Both the position numbers and the translations under genes were made by a program. Positions 26,293 to 36,196 of a stretch of 40,548 nucleotides of DNA are shown here, in pieces (the stretch's first letter is position 1; every line of letters begins with the position of its first letter). The notes under the pieces are model-generated. The model saw only the letters and a list, made by a program, of their open reading frames with translations. It had not been told where the DNA came from and searched no databases. This DNA comes from Minisyncoccota bacterium (GTDB taxonomy: Bacteria > Patescibacteriota > Minisyncoccia > Phycocordibacterales > UBA9973), in NCBI GenBank assembly GCA_031401615.1, contig JANNRS010000011.1:1-40548 (forward strand), given 5' to 3'.

Positions 26293-26964
26293 ATGAGGAT
26301 AAAGAAGTTGTATAAATTCCTCCGTACTGGTCTTAAATCAGATAGAGGAAATCATACTTGGGAGCTAAATAAATGGTACAAAGAAGATATTGTTGAAATC
26401 TGTGAAAAGGGTTATCACGCTTCTAAAACTCCATTACAGGCATTAGGTTATGTAGCAGGTGAAATATTAGCCGAAGTATCTGTTAGGGGTGAATCAGTAA
26501 TCCAAGATGATAAAGAATGCTGGTCTGAAATGAAGATAACTAAAGCATATCATTGGACTAAAAAGGATTCAGTGGAACTCTCTATTTTTTCTGCTGAACT
26601 ATGTTTAGAGAACTTTGAAAAACTGTATCCTGACGATAAGAGACCTAGGGAAGCTATTGAAGCGGCTAGAAAAGTTTTAGGAGCTGACACTGAGGAGAAT
26701 AGGTCGGCGGCGTGGTCGGCGGCGAGGTCGGCGGCGGAGTCGGCGTGGTCGGCGTGGTCGGCGTGGTCGGCGGCGTGGTCGGCGTGGTCGGCGTGGTCGG
26801 CGGCGTGGTCGGCGTGGTCGGCGTGGTCGGCGGCGTGGTCGGCGTGGTCGGCGTGGTCGGCGGCGGAGTCGGCGGCGGAGTCGGCGGCGGCTAAAAAACT
26901 TCTCATTTCAAAGTTGGATGCTTGGTTTATTAAACAAATTAAAACTCTTAAAAAATATGAATAA
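26293..26964 (+). CDS. Phage protein with an Ala-Trp-Ser repeat tract
   Basis: CEKGYHAS..PL.AL.Y N-domain; YPDDKRPREAIEAAR; (A)AWSA repeats. Confidence 0.8.
   Translation: MRIKKLYKFLRTGLKSDRGNHTWELNKWYKEDIVEICEKGYHASKTPLQALGYVAGEILAEVSVRGESVIQDDKECWSEMKITKAYHWTKKDSVELSIFSAELCLENFEKLYPDDKRPREAIEAARKVLGADTEENRSAAWSAARSAAESAWSAWSAWSAAWSAWSAWSAAWSAWSAWSAAWSAWSAWSAAESAAESAAAKKLLISKLDAWFIKQIKTLKKYE
26701..26890 (+). repeat. GC-rich in-frame tandem repeat
   Basis: 9-nt TGGTCGGCG and 12-nt TGGTCGGCGGCG units forming a 30-nt higher-order unit. Confidence 0.95.
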
Positions 26965-27130
26965 CCCAATCTTTGAATATGAGTTTGTAGAAAGCAAAGA
27001 AGACTTAATGAAACAGATTGATGGGTGTGAAGGGAGACATACTCAACAAGCAATTTATTCAACTTTTCACTCGGCACTTACACAAGTTTGTTTTGGGTGT
27101 AAAAAAATTAGAAGTAGCATTAAACGATAA
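26957..27130 (+). CDS. Hypothetical protein
   Basis: ATG overlaps the previous gene end; CFGC motif. Confidence 0.5.
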   Translation: MNNPIFEYEFVESKEDLMKQIDGCEGRHTQQAIYSTFHSALTQVCFGCKKIRSSIKR

Positions 27131-27134
27131 ATGT

Positions 27135-27272
27135 ATGAATGACGAAACAAAAGCTGGTGGTACAGATGCTCCTAGATTTGATGGGGATTATAATGATGAA
27201 GAACCAAAAGAGCCGAGTTGGTTTGATTTGGAAGGAGATCGGCAAGATACACCACCAGATTTAAAAGAATAA
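27135..27272 (+). CDS. Small acidic protein
   Basis: MNDETKAGGTDAPRFDGDYNDEEPKEPSWFDLE.. Confidence 0.45.
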   Translation: MNDETKAGGTDAPRFDGDYNDEEPKEPSWFDLEGDRQDTPPDLKE

Positions 27273-27282
27273 TTAAAAGAAT

Positions 27283-27954
27283 ATGACAAACATTATCGAA
27301 ATCCAGACTGAAATAAAAAAGGAACTTGGAAACAAAAGTGTGATGGACGCTTTGGTCGCTACTACTTTTAAAGGATTAGCAGTGCCACAAATTTATCTAG
27401 CGGTGCAGGAAGGTATCTTGAGGGGGTTTGAATTTAAAGACTTCCTAGAAAAAAATGTCTACGCTATCCCCTACGGATCGGGATATAGCTTGGTAACTTC
27501 CATAGACTACGCTCGTAAAATGGGAATGAAAAGCGGGATTGTTGGAGTATCAGCTCCCACTTACGAAGAAAAAGACGGCAAAATAATCTCTTGCTCAATC
27601 ACAGTCAAAAGAAAAGTAAGTGATTATATCGGCGAGTATTCCGCCACAGTATATTTTGACGAATACAACACTAAAAGAAACCAGTGGACTACAAAGCCTC
27701 GTACTATGATTGCAAAAGTAGCCGAAATGCACGCTCTCCGTAAGGCTTGTCCCGAAGAACTATCACAGGCATACTCTGAAGAAGAAAAGCAAAAAGAAAT
27801 TGAAGTACCAGAATTTGATGTCGCACCTTTCAAAGCAAAGTTAGAAGCTACTAAAACAATGGCGGAAATAAAAACAGTTTGGAATGCTTTACCGGCAGAG
27901 GCTAAAAAGGAGCTAGAAACATTAAAAGACGAATTAAAGTTGAAGTATGCATAA
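27283..27954 (+). CDS. RecT/Bet-family single-strand annealing protein
   Basis: [42 protein letters not shown]. Confidence 0.88.
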   Translation: MTNIIEIQTEIKKELGNKSVMDALVATTFKGLAVPQIYLAVQEGILRGFEFKDFLEKNVYAIPYGSGYSLVTSIDYARKMGMKSGIVGVSAPTYEEKDGKIISCSITVKRKVSDYIGEYSATVYFDEYNTKRNQWTTKPRTMIAKVAEMHALRKACPEELSQAYSEEEKQKEIEVPEFDVAPFKAKLEATKTMAEIKTVWNALPAEAKKELETLKDELKLKYA

Positions 27955-28315
27955 TAAACCTCATTCCAAAGAAGCCAGAGAGAAAATTAGGATTGGGCAT
28001 ACTGGCAAAAAACATTCAGAAGATCATAGACAGAAAATGCGAGATGGAATGATTAAAAGGTATGATAAAATAGGTAGAAAAGAAAGACCTAGACATTACC
28101 ATACGACAGATAGCGTATATAAACAGTGGCGTTCCAATATTTTTACGAGAGATAATTGGACTTGCCAAACTTGCAGAATTAGAGGCGTGTATCTAGAAGC
28201 TCATCATATAAAATCTTGGTCAAGATTTCCTGAACTAAGGTACGAGTTAAGTAATGGGGTTACTTTGTGTAAAGAATGTCACAAATTAACAGATAATTAT
28301 AAAAACAAGAAATGA
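27947..28315 (+). CDS. HNH homing endonuclease with NUMOD3
   Basis: [18 protein letters not shown]; [26 protein letters not shown]. Confidence 0.9.
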   Translation: MHNKPHSKEAREKIRIGHTGKKHSEDHRQKMRDGMIKRYDKIGRKERPRHYHTTDSVYKQWRSNIFTRDNWTCQTCRIRGVYLEAHHIKSWSRFPELRYELSNGVTLCKECHKLTDNYKNKK

Positions 28316-28911
28316 AAACTTTTAAATTTGAAACAAGGGAAGAATGGCTAATGGCTAGGCGAGGTAAGATCACTGGCTCTCGTTTAAAAGATATTGTGGT
28401 CAAAAGAGGGACTGGCTACAAAATAGGGTTTTATGAATTGATAGCCGAAAAACTTGGTATTCCTGCTGATGATGAAAGTGCTATGGATCGGGGGACTAGA
28501 CTTGAAAGCGAAGCGGTTGAGCAATTTACAAAAGAAACAGGTAAAAAAGTAGATACAAGTTTGGTGATGTGGACACGAGAGGAAAATGAGAATATCGCGA
28601 TCTCTCCCGATGGCTTCGGTAAGGACTTTGCAGTAGAAGCTAAATGCTTATCCTCTGCCCGCCACATTGAAGCTTGGCTCACTAAGAAAATCCCTGATGA
28701 ATACGAATACCAGAAACTTCAATACTTCATAGTAAACGACAAGCTCAAAAAACTTTACTTTCTCTTTTATGACCCTAGACTGCTTTATAAACCTTTTTTC
28801 ACCATTGAAGTAAAAAGAGAGGATGTAGAAGAAGAAGTCCAAGAATACTTGGAGTATCAAAAAAACATACTAGAAAGAGTAGACGAAATTGTAAACGATT
28901 TAACCTTTTAA
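28312..28911 (+). CDS. YqaJ/lambda-exonuclease-family nuclease
   Basis: [35 protein letters not shown]. Confidence 0.9.
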   Translation: MKTFKFETREEWLMARRGKITGSRLKDIVVKRGTGYKIGFYELIAEKLGIPADDESAMDRGTRLESEAVEQFTKETGKKVDTSLVMWTREENENIAISPDGFGKDFAVEAKCLSSARHIEAWLTKKIPDEYEYQKLQYFIVNDKLKKLYFLFYDPRLLYKPFFTIEVKREDVEEEVQEYLEYQKNILERVDEIVNDLTF

Positions 28912-28915
28912 ACTT

Positions 28916-29197
28916 ATGAAAAAATATAACTTGTCCAAACCAAGAAAATACACCGACTCTCAAGGTAACGAAAAAACATACTGGGATAAGGTGGGAGAAA
29001 TGATAGAATTTACCAAACAAGACGGCACTGTAAACAGAATAGTAAAAATCCCTGCAATCGGACTGGAAGCCAATGTATTTGAGGAGAAGCCGAGAGAAGA
29101 AGCTCCAAAACCACAGCCAAAGGTTGATGTGGCTGAAGAAGACTACAATAAATACCCAACGGAAGAAGTCGTGAACGCCGAGGACATACCCTTTTAA
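28916..29197 (+). CDS. Putative ssDNA-binding protein
   Basis: Acidic EDIPF C-terminus; follows recombinase and exonuclease. Confidence 0.65.
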   Translation: MKKYNLSKPRKYTDSQGNEKTYWDKVGEMIEFTKQDGTVNRIVKIPAIGLEANVFEEKPREEAPKPQPKVDVAEEDYNKYPTEEVVNAEDIPF

Positions 29198-29236
29198 GCT
29201 CCTACAGTGCGATTTAAGAGGTTTTAATCAACAACT

Positions 29237-29674
29237 ATGGCAAAGATACCATTCTACGCAAAATCAGAGCAAGGCAAGCTAGTATTCTCTAATCACAGAG
29301 AAATAAACGATTATTTATTATCTGTAAACGGCAAGCAACTCAAAGTAACGATAGAGAGAGCTACTGGTAGGAGAAGCGATGACCAAAACTCTGCCCTCCA
29401 TCTCTGGTTTGAAATGTTAGCTCAAACACTTAACGAAGCAGGCTTTTCGGTTCAACAGATATTAGCAAAGAAAATGGATATGGATTGGTCGGCTGTATCA
29501 GTAAAAGAGTTCCTATGGAGGCCAGCTCAAAAGAAACTTATTCAAAAAGAGAGTACAACAGAATTGGCTAAGATTGAAGAGATAGACTTGATTTTTGACC
29601 ATCTCAATCGGCATTTGTCCGAAAAATTCTTTATTGAGGTTCCTATGTTTCCATTTGACCCTAATAAAAGATGA
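29237..29674 (+). CDS. NinB-like recombination protein
   Basis: RRSDDQNSALHLW..STTEL; adjacent to the NinG-like gene. Confidence 0.55.
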   Translation: MAKIPFYAKSEQGKLVFSNHREINDYLLSVNGKQLKVTIERATGRRSDDQNSALHLWFEMLAQTLNEAGFSVQQILAKKMDMDWSAVSVKEFLWRPAQKKLIQKESTTELAKIEEIDLIFDHLNRHLSEKFFIEVPMFPFDPNKR

Positions 29675-30084
29675 TGAAGAGATCAGGATTTAAAAAACGA
29701 ATAACCAAGCCAATGAAAGCCAAACAAACTGGCTCGGTAAGAATAAACCTTAAAAGGAAGGCTTGGGACTTATTTTCAAAGTGGATTCGTCAAAGAGATA
29801 AACGATGTGTAACTTGTGGCTCTACTAACGATCTTCAGGCAGGACACTTTTGGCACGGAGTCCTTGACCTAGACGAAATGAACATTAACGCACAATGTAA
29901 AAAATGTAATACCCATCTTAGCGGTAATTTAGGTCATTACTCAATGTATTTAATCAACAAATATGGATTAGATAAATTCAAAGACCTAGAACAACGCCAT
30001 TGGCTAGCCAAAAGAGGCGAATTTAGGTCAGATAGTCAGTTGATTGAAATTATTGAACATTATCAAAATCTAATTAAACAGTAA
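29671..30084 (+). CDS. ninG: NinG/Rap-family HNH nuclease
   Basis: FSKWIRQRD..CVTCG..AGHF..NINAQCKKCN..SGN. Confidence 0.85.
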   Translation: MMKRSGFKKRITKPMKAKQTGSVRINLKRKAWDLFSKWIRQRDKRCVTCGSTNDLQAGHFWHGVLDLDEMNINAQCKKCNTHLSGNLGHYSMYLINKYGLDKFKDLEQRHWLAKRGEFRSDSQLIEIIEHYQNLIKQ

Positions 30085-30099
30085 ATTAACATAAAAGAG

Positions 30100-30264
30100 A
30101 TGGAGATTTGCCAACATTGCGGAATGTATATGAAGCCCTTTTCCCATAAGAAGGAAGGCAGTCAGCAATTCAAAGATGCTACTTGTGAATTTTGCGGTGA
30201 AATTATCGCAGAAGTTGTAGATGACAAGTGGCAAAAGGTAACCCCCCTAAAGACTAATAATTAA
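30100..30264 (+). CDS. Zinc-ribbon protein, 54 aa (not in track)
   Basis: CQHCG..CEFCG. Confidence 0.55.
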   Translation: MEICQHCGMYMKPFSHKKEGSQQFKDATCEFCGEIIAEVVDDKWQKVTPLKTNN

Positions 30265-30268
30265 CTAT

Positions 30269-30532
30269 ATGGAAATAGCAAAATACAATGAAGGTAAATG
30301 GTTTCTAACTCACTCTTGGTGTGTGGATGATTTTGGGTTAAAAAGAAATATGATGGAAATATATACTATCAAAGAAGATGGAATGAAAATGATTTACCCT
30401 TTTTGGCCTCCACCTAGAGTTTCAAAAGTAGAAAGAGGTCAGGTTTTTGAAGGAGACGACATAACGCCTTATGAGACCTTTGAGTATGCAGATATGTTAC
30501 GAGAGCAAATTGAGAAATTAAAACTTAATTAA
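30269..30532 (+). CDS. Hypothetical protein
   Basis: ORF track; part of the small-gene array. Confidence 0.55.
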   Translation: MEIAKYNEGKWFLTHSWCVDDFGLKRNMMEIYTIKEDGMKMIYPFWPPPRVSKVERGQVFEGDDITPYETFEYADMLREQIEKLKLN

Positions 30533-30569
30533 CTATGAATAATTTATCAACCCCTTTAACCTCTATGAA

Positions 30570-30761
30570 ATGAGATGGAATAGAAAAGAAAAGAATAATG
30601 GTTGGAAAGTAAGGTTTGCATTTTACCCAATTAAAATAGGAGATACTTGGATTTGGTTTGAGAGATACATATCCAGATTTGAAGGATTGTATTATTCAGT
30701 AGATTTTTACGAGGGCTGTGCTGAAAGGGTTGGGTATCCTTGCGATTGTTTTAGACACTAA
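30570..30761 (+). CDS. Hypothetical protein
   Basis: WKVRFAFYPIKIGDTWIWFE. Confidence 0.55.
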   Translation: MRWNRKEKNNGWKVRFAFYPIKIGDTWIWFERYISRFEGLYYSVDFYEGCAERVGYPCDCFRH

Positions 30762-30781
30762 TTTATTATTTTAACCTCTAT

Positions 30782-31021
30782 ATGATGAAAGAAGAATTAA
30801 AACTCTGTCCTCAATGCCACACTATGAAAGCATTTAGCACTAATATTTGTTTTAGGTGTTTAGATCGCAATGAGGCGAGAGAAGAAGTGAATAAAGAACT
30901 GGTAGCAAAGTTGGAAGGGATGAAAGAAAAAGAAATAGATAATTTATGGGCTTTATACAGAGAATTTTGTAATAGGGCAAATCAAGCAAATATGGAAAAG
31001 CGAACTTTGTTTAGCCCATAA
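30782..31021 (+). CDS. Hypothetical zinc-binding protein
   Basis: CPQC..CFRC. Confidence 0.5.
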   Translation: MMKEELKLCPQCHTMKAFSTNICFRCLDRNEAREEVNKELVAKLEGMKEKEIDNLWALYREFCNRANQANMEKRTLFSP

Positions 31022-31052
31022 CTTATTAAAGACTATAACCTAGAGTAGAAAT

Positions 31053-31259
31053 ATGAAAGAAAAATCAAAAACACAATCTCACTACACATTCAATATAATG
31101 GTAGGTGGGCATATAGACTCTATTGATATCATTCAAGAAGAAAACGAACCTAGACAAGCTATTACTGTGAAATTCTTTCAAGATCGCTGGAGAACACCTA
31201 AAGACACAGTGGAGTTGCTAGAAAAAGTAATCGTTATTATTAAAGATAATTTTAAATAA
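31053..31259 (+). CDS. Hypothetical protein
   Basis: ORF track. Confidence 0.55.
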   Translation: MKEKSKTQSHYTFNIMVGGHIDSIDIIQEENEPRQAITVKFFQDRWRTPKDTVELLEKVIVIIKDNFK

Positions 31260-31260
31260 A

Positions 31261-31617
31261 ATGACTAGAGCATTAAGTGAAGATATAAGTGAGTCAGAGG
31301 TGTATCAGAATAAGTTGTTGGGGGAGATTATAGAAGAGTATATTGTATTTTGTAAAAAAGAAGATATAAAGACTGGCTACCATCAGAATTTAGAGACGAC
31401 AATCATTTCCGATTGGTGGATTAAGAAGATGCCAGATTTTCACTCTAAAATGTCCGATGAAATGTTTAGACAACAGAATACTAAGAATGAAGACTATTAT
31501 TGTAAAGCCCGTACTGATAAAGGTTGGTTATTCTTTAGGACCAAAGAAGACTTCGAGAAGTGGAGAAGTGAAGATGAAGACAAAGTTGGTGGAACTAATA
31601 CTGGTGGTATGGTATAA
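31261..31617 (+). CDS. Hypothetical protein
   Basis: ORF track, 118 aa. Confidence 0.55.
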   Translation: MTRALSEDISESEVYQNKLLGEIIEEYIVFCKKEDIKTGYHQNLETTIISDWWIKKMPDFHSKMSDEMFRQQNTKNEDYYCKARTDKGWLFFRTKEDFEKWRSEDEDKVGGTNTGGMV

Positions 31618-31618
31618 T
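31610..31618 (+). promoter_or_regulatory. Extended -10 promoter
   Basis: TGGTATAAT. Confidence 0.5.
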
Positions 31619-31643
31619 GTAGTCATAATATTTATGTTGAGCG

Positions 31644-31820
31644 ATGACTATATTAAAATCAAAATTTAGAATACCAATAATTACAGAAGAAGAAACCGGT
31701 TATCCTATTAGACAGAAGGTAGGTCGTCCGCACCGGATGCACAGAAGTCCCAAAAATAGACATGATAAAAGAAACAGCAGTAAAAGTATTAAGTATTTAA
31801 GAGAGAAAGGTAAAATATAA
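31644..31820 (+). CDS. Small basic protein, 58 aa (not in track)
   Basis: MTILKSKFRIPIITEEETGYPIRQKVGRPHRMHR.. Confidence 0.4.
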   Translation: MTILKSKFRIPIITEEETGYPIRQKVGRPHRMHRSPKNRHDKRNSSKSIKYLREKGKI

Positions 31821-31824
31821 AGTA

Positions 31825-31833
31825 TGGTATAAT
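31825..31833 (+). promoter_or_regulatory. Extended -10 promoter upstream of the packaging genes
   Basis: TGGTATAAT, 26 nt before ATG 31860. Confidence 0.6.
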
Positions 31834-31859
31834 TAAGGTATTAATTTAAATAAATAACA

Positions 31860-32081
31860 ATGGACTACTTAAATCAAAAAGAAGTAAATAAAAAAGCTCC
31901 TAAAATCTTTGGCAGAGAAAAATATTGGAACGAAGTCAAAAAACAAAGAGATGCTATAGCTGATCCTCTAATTAGAAAAAGGAAATCTAAAGATGGTGTG
32001 TATTCAAAAAAAGATGTATTGAAAGGCTATAATGATGCTTTGAAGAAAGGTCAATTAGGAGGTACTGGTTGGGGGAAGTAA
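31860..32081 (+). CDS. Small basic protein
   Basis: ORF track; Lys-rich. Confidence 0.6.
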   Translation: MDYLNQKEVNKKAPKIFGREKYWNEVKKQRDAIADPLIRKRKSKDGVYSKKDVLKGYNDALKKGQLGGTGWGK

Positions 32082-32085
32082 AACT

Positions 32086-32229
32086 ATGAGAGACACATCC
32101 CTTTGTTGGTACTGTGAAGAACGTCCAAAGAAGAAAGAAAAAGACGCTATTTTTTGTAACAAATATGAAAAGATAAGAGTAAAAGATGTAAAGAGAGCGG
32201 AGCAAGAAAATTTTTATGCAAAAGTTTAA
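32086..32229 (+). CDS. Hypothetical protein, 47 aa (not in track)
   Basis: MRDTSLCWYCEERPKK..; fills the gap before terS. Confidence 0.4.
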   Translation: MRDTSLCWYCEERPKKKEKDAIFCNKYEKIRVKDVKRAEQENFYAKV

Positions 32230-32232
32230 TAT

Positions 32233-32742
32233 ATGAAAAGAGCTAAAAGAGAAGGAGAGGGTAGACCATCAATCTTTACTAAAGATCTTAGTGAAGCTAT
32301 TTGCCAGCGTATTGCTTCAGGCGAGAGTCTTAGAAGTATATGTAAGGATGATAATATGCCAGAGAGAACCACTGTTCATTTATGGTTGATTGACAAAGAG
32401 AAAGAAGAGTTTTTCAACCAATACGAAAAATCTTGCAATACTAGAGCAGAAAATATGTTTGATGAGCTTGTAGAAATTGCAGATGATGGTTCCAACGATT
32501 ATATGGAGAGAGAAAATAAAGATGGTAGTTCATATACCACAGTTGATAGTGAACACATACAAAGATCAAGGTTAAGAGTAGATACAAGAAAATGGTATTT
32601 ATCTAAAGTCTTACCTAAGAAGTATGGAGATAGACAAATACTTGCAGGAGATGAGGATAGTCCACTTAAACTAACTCTAGTAAACTATGCCGATAATAAA
32701 GGAACTATACCAACCAAGGGAATACCAGATACCGATAATTAA
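32233..32742 (+). CDS. terS: Terminase small subunit (Sf6-like)
   Basis: GRPS..ICQRIASGESLRSIC..MP..TV..W..RSRLRVDTRKWYLSKVLPKKYGD. Confidence 0.92.
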   Translation: MKRAKREGEGRPSIFTKDLSEAICQRIASGESLRSICKDDNMPERTTVHLWLIDKEKEEFFNQYEKSCNTRAENMFDELVEIADDGSNDYMERENKDGSSYTTVDSEHIQRSRLRVDTRKWYLSKVLPKKYGDRQILAGDEDSPLKLTLVNYADNKGTIPTKGIPDTDN

Positions 32743-34012
32743 AGCGTTTGATAACGGCTTTAAGAGGATTGTCCAAATCTGGCATCGCAGAGCTGGAAAG
32801 GATCTTACTACTTTGAATCTTGTTATAGGAGAAATGGTGCAGAGAGTGGGAAATTACTATTATTTCTATCCTACTTACGGACAAGGACGCAAAGCTCTAT
32901 GGGACAATAAGACAAAAGATAGTAAACCTTATTTGTCATTCTTTCCAAAGGCTCTTATAAAAAAACAAAACAACCATGAGATGAAAATAGAGCTAACAAA
33001 TGGCTCACTATTTCAGATCATAGGGCTTGAGAATGTTGATAATGTGATGGGGCCCAATCCTAGAGGATGTGTATTCTCTGAATATAGCCTTCTTAATCCT
33101 AGAGCTTGGGACTTAATACGTCCGATTCTAGCTGAAAATGGTGGTTGGGCTATATTCAACTACACCCCTAGAGGCAAGAATCATGGTTTTAAGCTATACA
33201 CAACCAACAAAGATAACCCTAAATGGTATTGTGAGATATTAAGAGCAGATCAAACAAAAGCGATAAGTGATGAAGATATTGATGAGGAGCGTAGAGCCGG
33301 GATGACAGAAGATATGATCCAACAAGAGTTTTACTGCTCATTCATCTCTGCGATACAAGGCTCATACTATTGGGAACAGGTAGATAGGGCAGAGAAAGAT
33401 AATCATTTTAAGGATATACCTTATGACTCGAAATTACTTGTACATACTGTATGGGATTTGGGTAAGAATGATTATAATTGTATTGGGTTCTACCAAAATG
33501 ATGGAGTGAGTGTAAGAAAGATTGATTATTTAGCCGGAGGCAGAAAAGGGCTGTTAGACTGGATAAAGTTAGTAAGAGAAAAACCGTATATCTATGGAAA
33601 ACACTTTGCCCCTCACGATATTGAAGTATCAGATTATACTTTAAATGGAGACCAGACTAGACGAGAGTTTGCCAAAGAACATAACTTTGAATTTGAAGTA
33701 GTTCCTAACAGATTGATAGTTGATGGAATAGACGCTGGTAGAAGATTTTTTAGTAAATTATATGTTGATAAAACTAAATGTGCCGAGTGGATAGATGCTA
33801 TACCGCAATATACTAAAGTCTATGATGAAGAAGGTAAGACTTTTAAAGATAAACCATTACACGATTGGACTTCTAACTTCGCAGACGAACACAGATATGC
33901 CTCACTTGTTTACCCACAATTCACTAATGACAGTTATTTAGTAGATACGGGAGAAATAAGACAACACCGAAAAGAGTCTTTGCATATTGCTCAACAAGAT
34001 GCGGGCTTGTAA
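32687..34012 (+). CDS. terL: Terminase large subunit
   Basis: WHRRAGKD, VFSEY, TPRGKNH, QEFYCSF, WDLG, PLHDWTSNFAD. Confidence 0.95.
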   Translation: MPIIKELYQPREYQIPIIKAFDNGFKRIVQIWHRRAGKDLTTLNLVIGEMVQRVGNYYYFYPTYGQGRKALWDNKTKDSKPYLSFFPKALIKKQNNHEMKIELTNGSLFQIIGLENVDNVMGPNPRGCVFSEYSLLNPRAWDLIRPILAENGGWAIFNYTPRGKNHGFKLYTTNKDNPKWYCEILRADQTKAISDEDIDEERRAGMTEDMIQQEFYCSFISAIQGSYYWEQVDRAEKDNHFKDIPYDSKLLVHTVWDLGKNDYNCIGFYQNDGVSVRKIDYLAGGRKGLLDWIKLVREKPYIYGKHFAPHDIEVSDYTLNGDQTRREFAKEHNFEFEVVPNRLIVDGIDAGRRFFSKLYVDKTKCAEWIDAIPQYTKVYDEEGKTFKDKPLHDWTSNFADEHRYASLVYPQFTNDSYLVDTGEIRQHRKESLHIAQQDAGL

Positions 34013-34022
34013 TAAAAAAATA

Positions 34023-34031
34023 TGGTATAAT
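34023..34031 (+). promoter_or_regulatory. Extended -10 promoter upstream of the portal gene
   Basis: TGGTATAAT. Confidence 0.6.
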
Positions 34032-34052
34032 ATAAAAAACTAATTTATAAAA

Positions 34053-35837
34053 ATGCAAGAAAAACAACTAGCTTTAGCCCGCCAAATTGAAACAGAGGTA
34101 ACTGACTATTTAACTCATCCCGTTTCTTTGACCTCTGGGGAGATCTTTTCACAACAGAAACTTACTAAAAGAATATCTCTTTTTGAAAACCACACTTACC
34201 CTACTGGTAAATTCGATAAACAAGGAAACTACAAATACTGGTATGATATTCAAACTTCTAGAATAGACTCGGAAGTTAAGAATATAGATTTTGATACTAA
34301 AAATGTAGAGGCATACTCCCCGATCACCTTAGATGAAGTACCTAATGTTATTGTAAATCTCAAACTCTCTGAATATCTAAGAGATACTGGACAAGCTGAA
34401 GAGATTAACTCCGCCATTGAAGAAGGCTCTGGTTGGGGTAATATCGTTTGGAAAAAGGTCAAAGGACGATCTGAAAGAGTTGATCTAAAGAATTTTTATG
34501 TAATAAACCAAGTAGCTAGATCTCTAAAACAATCTCCTGTTATAGAAAGACATCAGCTCACTCAATCAGAAATGAGAGAAAAAGGTGCTAATTGGAAAAA
34601 CCTTGATAAAATCCTAAAAGATAGTGGTCAAAAGATATACAAATCTGATGTAGAAAGTACTCAACAGGATACAACAATGCCTATGTATTCGGTTTATGAA
34701 CGAAATGGTGAGGTCAGTATTAAAGATCTAAAAGAATTTACTAAAGAATTTACTAAAGAAATTACAGTAGATGGTGATGAGAATAAATACACCTTTGCTA
34801 AAGTGATTGGAGTTGGAACCGAAGGAACTAGTGGAGGTGTGAAAATTAAACACATTGTCTTTGCTCAAGAATTATCAGGGCTAGATAACTCTGATATTTA
34901 CAAGGAGTACCACCGAGGTCGATATAAGGGTAGATGGTGGAGAGAAGGGCTGTTTGAACTCCTGTTTGATTGCCAAGTAAGGGCAAATGAAATAGGTAAT
35001 CAAATATCACAAGGGCTACAGTATGCTTCTAAAGTGTTATTTACTGGTGAAGACAAGCAAATTATACAGAATGTCATTACAGACCTAAAAAATGGTGATT
35101 ATATTCGCTCTAAAGACCTAAGACAGGTAGCCGTGAGAATGGAAGGCTTTGATCAGCTAATGGCTGATTGGAATAAAACTATTGAACTTGCAAATGAAAT
35201 AGCTAACTCTAGGGAAGTTGTACAAGGTATTACTCCTGCTTCTGGTACTCCCCTTGGCACTTCACAAATGCTTAATGCCAACGCTAATAAACTCTATGAT
35301 TTTTTAAGAGAAAAACTAGCAATACCATTTAAAGAGTTGTTTGAAGAAGAAATAATCCCAGACTTAATCGAAAGTATTAAAATAGAGGAAGTCTTGAGAC
35401 TTACCGGAGACTCTAAAATGATGGATAGAATGCGAGAACTTATCATAGAGAATTGGTATATACAAAATCTTGTAATACTCGGCCCGCACACAAAAGAAAT
35501 GGCTGATACTCTAAAGGCAGAGAAAATGAAAGAAATGGGTAAGAAAAAAGATCTCTTTATTAAAGAATTCAAAAAGGCTTTTGACAACTACAAACCGAGA
35601 GTATCTGTTATCATTACAGGGGAGAATACACGAAGACTAGAGGAAAGAGATAGCTTTATCCAATTTGTACCTATGGAAGCAGATCCGATAAGGAGAACCG
35701 CTTTGATTGAGGAAGGAATGAGAAGAAGCGGTATTGATGTGGGAGGATTACCTAAAACACCTCCAGAACAATTACAAGGTCTTGTTGGAACTGAAAGGAA
35801 ACCAGCTTTAGCGACTAAAGAAGATGCAACAACCTAA
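34053..35837 (+). CDS. Portal protein (putative)
   Basis: 594 aa directly after terL; G.FE.L.D.Q...N and QG..PASGTP patterns. Confidence 0.75.
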   Translation: MQEKQLALARQIETEVTDYLTHPVSLTSGEIFSQQKLTKRISLFENHTYPTGKFDKQGNYKYWYDIQTSRIDSEVKNIDFDTKNVEAYSPITLDEVPNVIVNLKLSEYLRDTGQAEEINSAIEEGSGWGNIVWKKVKGRSERVDLKNFYVINQVARSLKQSPVIERHQLTQSEMREKGANWKNLDKILKDSGQKIYKSDVESTQQDTTMPMYSVYERNGEVSIKDLKEFTKEFTKEITVDGDENKYTFAKVIGVGTEGTSGGVKIKHIVFAQELSGLDNSDIYKEYHRGRYKGRWWREGLFELLFDCQVRANEIGNQISQGLQYASKVLFTGEDKQIIQNVITDLKNGDYIRSKDLRQVAVRMEGFDQLMADWNKTIELANEIANSREVVQGITPASGTPLGTSQMLNANANKLYDFLREKLAIPFKELFEEEIIPDLIESIKIEEVLRLTGDSKMMDRMRELIIENWYIQNLVILGPHTKEMADTLKAEKMKEMGKKKDLFIKEFKKAFDNYKPRVSVIITGENTRRLEERDSFIQFVPMEADPIRRTALIEEGMRRSGIDVGGLPKTPPEQLQGLVGTERKPALATKEDATT

Positions 35838-35890
35838 TACAAGAGAATATTTAAGGGAAGACTTTCAAAGAATGTATGAAGATTTAACAA

Positions 35891-36196
35891 ATGATGAAAA
35901 AATTGATGAAAACAAAAGAAAAAAAGAAAGAAGAGAGCGTATTGAAGCCAGAAAGCTCGACACTGGACTTTAATAGTGAGGATATTAACAAACGGATCAC
36001 TGCAAAGAGAAATAAATTGTATGAAATTCACGCCTCAATTGCTGTCTATGGAATGAACGGACTTACTTTTGAACAGAAAGCTAAGGGTAATGAGCTAGAG
36101 GATAGATTGCATTTTAGAATACTACAAGCAGAGGAACAACTTTTAAATGATAAAATTGATCTTTATGGAGAATTATTAAGAGTAATAAAAAAATGA
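35891..36196 (+). CDS. Hypothetical protein
   Basis: ORF track; head module. Confidence 0.55.
   Translation: MMKKLMKTKEKKKEESVLKPESSTLDFNSEDINKRITAKRNKLYEIHASIAVYGMNGLTFEQKAKGNELEDRLHFRILQAEEQLLNDKIDLYGELLRVIKK

Noticed and set aside
26701-26890. CRISPR array
   Set aside because: Contiguous short units with no spacers and no cas genes
26550-27077. Minus-strand HAD-repeat ORF and + strand Val/Gly ORF 26712..26894
   Set aside because: Stop-free shadows of the GC repeat within 26293..26964
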